DNA of 63,921 nt, filler included, from Phoronis australis (lineage: Eukaryota; Animalia; Phoronida): the NCBI GenBank assembly GCA_002633005.1. It is 6 parts of 6 records of this genome, joined end to end, with 100 filler letters (N's around TTAATTAATTAA, not from the genome) between each part and the next. Parts side by side here need not be neighbours in the genome. Positions count along the whole stretch, not along the records: positions 61,138 to 63,921 come from NMRA01001955.1; 5 more parts are not named here. One strand, 5' to 3'. Below are positions 61,150 through 63,921 of this stretch, piece after piece. Under the pieces are notes generated by a model. The model did not search any database. It was not told where the DNA came from and saw nothing but the letters and a program-made list of their open reading frames with translations. The position numbers and the translations under genes are program-made. Position 1 is the first letter of the stretch. Every line of letters begins with the position of its first letter.

Positions 61150-61445
61150 ATGCCATTCTTTGCATCCTGTTTTTGACAGAGTGAAGAAAAGGTTACAAAT
61201 CAAGTGATGTGTGATTTGCTAGGCAAAACCCAGTGAGAACTGTTCTGTGCCTCCTAAACATGGGTCAGACACATCGGCAGAGCTGGTAGCAAAGGCCGAC
61301 TTAGTCATTCTTTCCTAGCACAAAGTATGCAGCGCTCATTTTGAGGGCGGCAAGAAAACGTATCTTGGAAACTGCCCAACAATATTTCCCTTGAAAGAAA
61401 CAGTAACAAATACTCCACGGCGGTTGGTAGTGAAAAAAAAACTTG
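61150..61445 (+). pseudogene. Decayed THAP-domain fragment (DNA transposon derived)
   Basis: 'TWVRHIGRAG....KVCSAHFEGGKKTYLGNCPTIFP' carries the THAP W...C..HF...P motifs, with frameshifts. Confidence 0.6.
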
Positions 61446-62165
61446 TTTTTGCTTGACGAGAACCAACAACATGAGCAATTTTGAGGATAATGCCTCTGCA
61501 CAATCACCTGTTCTGGATAGATTCACTCAACGTACACACACTAACGTGCTAAGATAAAGCGTGCAGAATATTATTATTTAGTTTGTACAAAATTGTGGTG
61601 CATTGCTATCAAAATTCGTTACGATCATTTTTCAGAAAATTGTGCTGAATTCCCAGGGCGAAATGTCGCCGACAAATGCGTAGCTGCCGGTCTCGCAATC
61701 GTCGATAGGGCTTGAATTCTTGGATAAGAATACAGCTTCGACTCTCCTCAAGTTTTCCAAATAGCGTCTCTAAGATTTTTAAGTTCTTGTTTAGTCTTCG
61801 ATTAACTGCAGATTAAGACTAAATCTGCGCTACTAGATTGTAGCCCGCAACATAAAAAATCTCTGGAGGAACACACCTGTGGTTGTCACGTGACGTTTGT
61901 TTTGGAGTTTGTATGCGTGTGTGTGAGAGTAAGAGTTCATTTGCCAGAGTAAATGCGATGTAATGATCTAAGTGTGCATTGTATCCAAAGAAATTAACTC
62001 AAGCAGTCAAGCAGAGCATGTTTTAATATTTAGCTTAGCACTTGCTGGCCTCATCTGCTAAAAAACGTTCGAGAATTGTTTCGGTAAGACCGAGAATGAT
62101 CGGCAGATGATGATGAGTTGGCTGGAGCTGAGTGCTTTTCAGTTGTTGTTGTCAAGTTTTTATTA

Positions 62166-62593
62166 GTCTTTTATTTACGGTTTTCACATATACAAAGAAA
62201 TTTGGATTCTTGTTGAGGGAGAACTGTACGGGAAAGATACAATGCAATCCTTTTGACAAGTACGCTGTGTCTGTTCTGAAAGGTCAGACCATTAGGACAT
62301 ATCCCTCGCAAGATCAACAAAAGTTTTGCGTTCTTTTTGAAGCATGGCGGAAGTTTGAAGTGTATAGTCACGGCTAAATACAGACATAGCAGCGAGGCTC
62401 GTCGTCTACAAATTCCGCGCACAGTGATTTTTTCAGGACTGTCGGACCTTATTGATAAATTGAAGATGTTACTGTAAAATTTTAGAACTGTAGGTAGGCA
62501 TTTTTTGCATGTACTCAGCATTCATAGACTAGGCGCTTATTTTAGGAAAGTCTGAAAACGTGTGAGGGGGCGCTTATTATGGCGAATACGGTA
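62166..62593 (+). mobile_element. pogo-like transposon end carrying a frameshifted HIRAN-like ORF
   Basis: 'SFIYGFHIYKEIW..VEGE / NPFDKYAVSVLKGQTI / GHIPRKINKSFAFFLKHGGSLKCIVTAKYRHS..LQIPRTVIFSG..LIDKLKMLL*' (stop 62475-62477), followed by a pogo-type TIR ggggcgcttattatggcgaatacggTA ending at 62593. Confidence 0.75.
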
Positions 62594-63246
62594 TCTAGAA
62601 TTGGTATTTGTCTTCATGTAATTCAGTGCTTATGTGTTTCAACTTTATTTCAGTATTAGCTGACTTCATCTATGGGAAATCAACGAAGCCGGAATCCTAC
62701 TCTGGTAAGAATATTAATCCCCCAGCAGTGTGTATGGAGGAGGGGGCAAATACCTTCAAGTAATTTGCAGTTTAGTTGGGCAGTAGAGGTGGTGACCATT
62801 TAGATGGCTAATTGTCCTTTCAGTGGCTTATTTGGAAGTGATAAGTCTTTACCCCTCATGATTTTCAGGCTTACATGTCTTAAGGCAAATTTATGTGCAT
62901 CTTAAGGCTCTTTAGGGAAGTGTTTCAAGGATATATGGGTTAGTTTTGCATTCTGAAATGTTTCTTAGATACAGTCTGAACATTTATCCGACTGAAAAGA
63001 TTACGGTCAGTTTCATAAATTCATTTTTTTTGTTTTCAAAGAATTATCTGCTGTCTGGCTTAACTCAGTACCATATTTGTCGAGGTTGATGTCCTCGTTC
63101 TGTTATGCCAGCCCCTAATTTCCAAATTTTCACTTTTCTTACCTTGAATGCCTTTACTCAAATGCTTATCTGTAATTTGTGCAGTTTACTTTTTTCTTAA
63201 AGCGCGATATCTTTGCTCATTTCCATCCTGAAACTGCATACAATTT

Positions 63247-63725
63247 ACTCTGGAGTTCCGAATAGTAGTAGAGACAGCAATAATAGTATAGACTGGAAAA
63301 TTTCACGATTTTTAATAATAGTAGAGACTCTAATAATAGTATAGACCCAACATTTTTGCCACTAGAAAAGTAGAATAATAGTATAGACCGGAAATTGTTG
63401 AAAAAAAAAATAATAATAGTATAGAATGGAATAATGGTATAGACGGCAAATTTGTGGAAATTTAAACATAGTATAGACTGGAATAATAATATTGGTTACA
63501 AATTTAGGTAAAATCTAATAATGTTATAGAAGAGAATAATAATGCAAAACAGCAAATTCTTAGGAATAATGGTATAGACGGGAAATTTGTGGAAAATTAA
63601 AAATAATATAGGCTGGAATAATAACATTGATTACAAATTTGCGTAAAATGTAGTAACGGTAGATGGAAATAATAGGAAGTGCAAAATCTAATAATGATGT
63701 AGATGGGATTGGAATAATAATGCAA
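63247..63725 (+). repeat. DNA-transposon end with many subterminal AATAATAGTATAGAC repeats
   Basis: Starts tactctggagttccgaatagtag and contains more than 10 degenerate copies of aataatagtataga. Partner end not in the window. Confidence 0.6.
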
Positions 63726-63921
63726 AGAAGCATATTCTGTCTGACTTACCACCGCTATAAGTAATTGTTTCAAAGAAAAACTTTTAAATTGAAAACTAGC
63801 ATAGTTAAATTATTGCAGTGGTGTATCCACACATGCCATAACATAGTACAGTGAAGTGCAATAAAGTGTCATTGCTAAAACAAAGACCATTCGTTTATTC
63901 AATAACTTTAAATGGAAGTCT

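Overview
AT-rich animal genomic DNA, probably from a marine invertebrate (inferred from spliced genes and the transposable-element families). The window is not contiguous: six contigs are joined by artificial 100-nt linkers (N44-TTAATTAATTAA-N44) at 17412, 43464, 48233, 54814 and 61038, and there is one plain 493-N gap at 33448-33940. Four spliced host genes were reconstructed by hand: (1) the last three coding exons (endostatin domain) of a collagen XV/XVIII-type multiplexin; (2) the first five exons and TATA/Inr promoter of a secreted pancreatic-lipase-family gene; (3) an apparently complete 8-coding-exon BIVM gene with an N-terminal myristoylation motif; (4) internal exons of a large uncharacterised protein with FN3-like 'VDxTPP' repeats. 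The rest is decayed mobile DNA: RTE-X/CR1/L2-like, Hero and I-like LINEs, a Penelope remnant, THAP-bearing Kolobok-like elements, piggyBac, pogo and Helentron-type elements, foldback MITEs and minisatellites. Three observations stand out: pogo-type transposon ends linked to a HIRAN-like second ORF in two independent copies; Helentron-type tandem arrays with a CTCF-like motif in every ~150-bp monomer; and a cassette-like chain of unrelated palindromic modules sharing one ~28-bp terminal motif (59029-60727). All homology calls come from motif recognition, not database searches.
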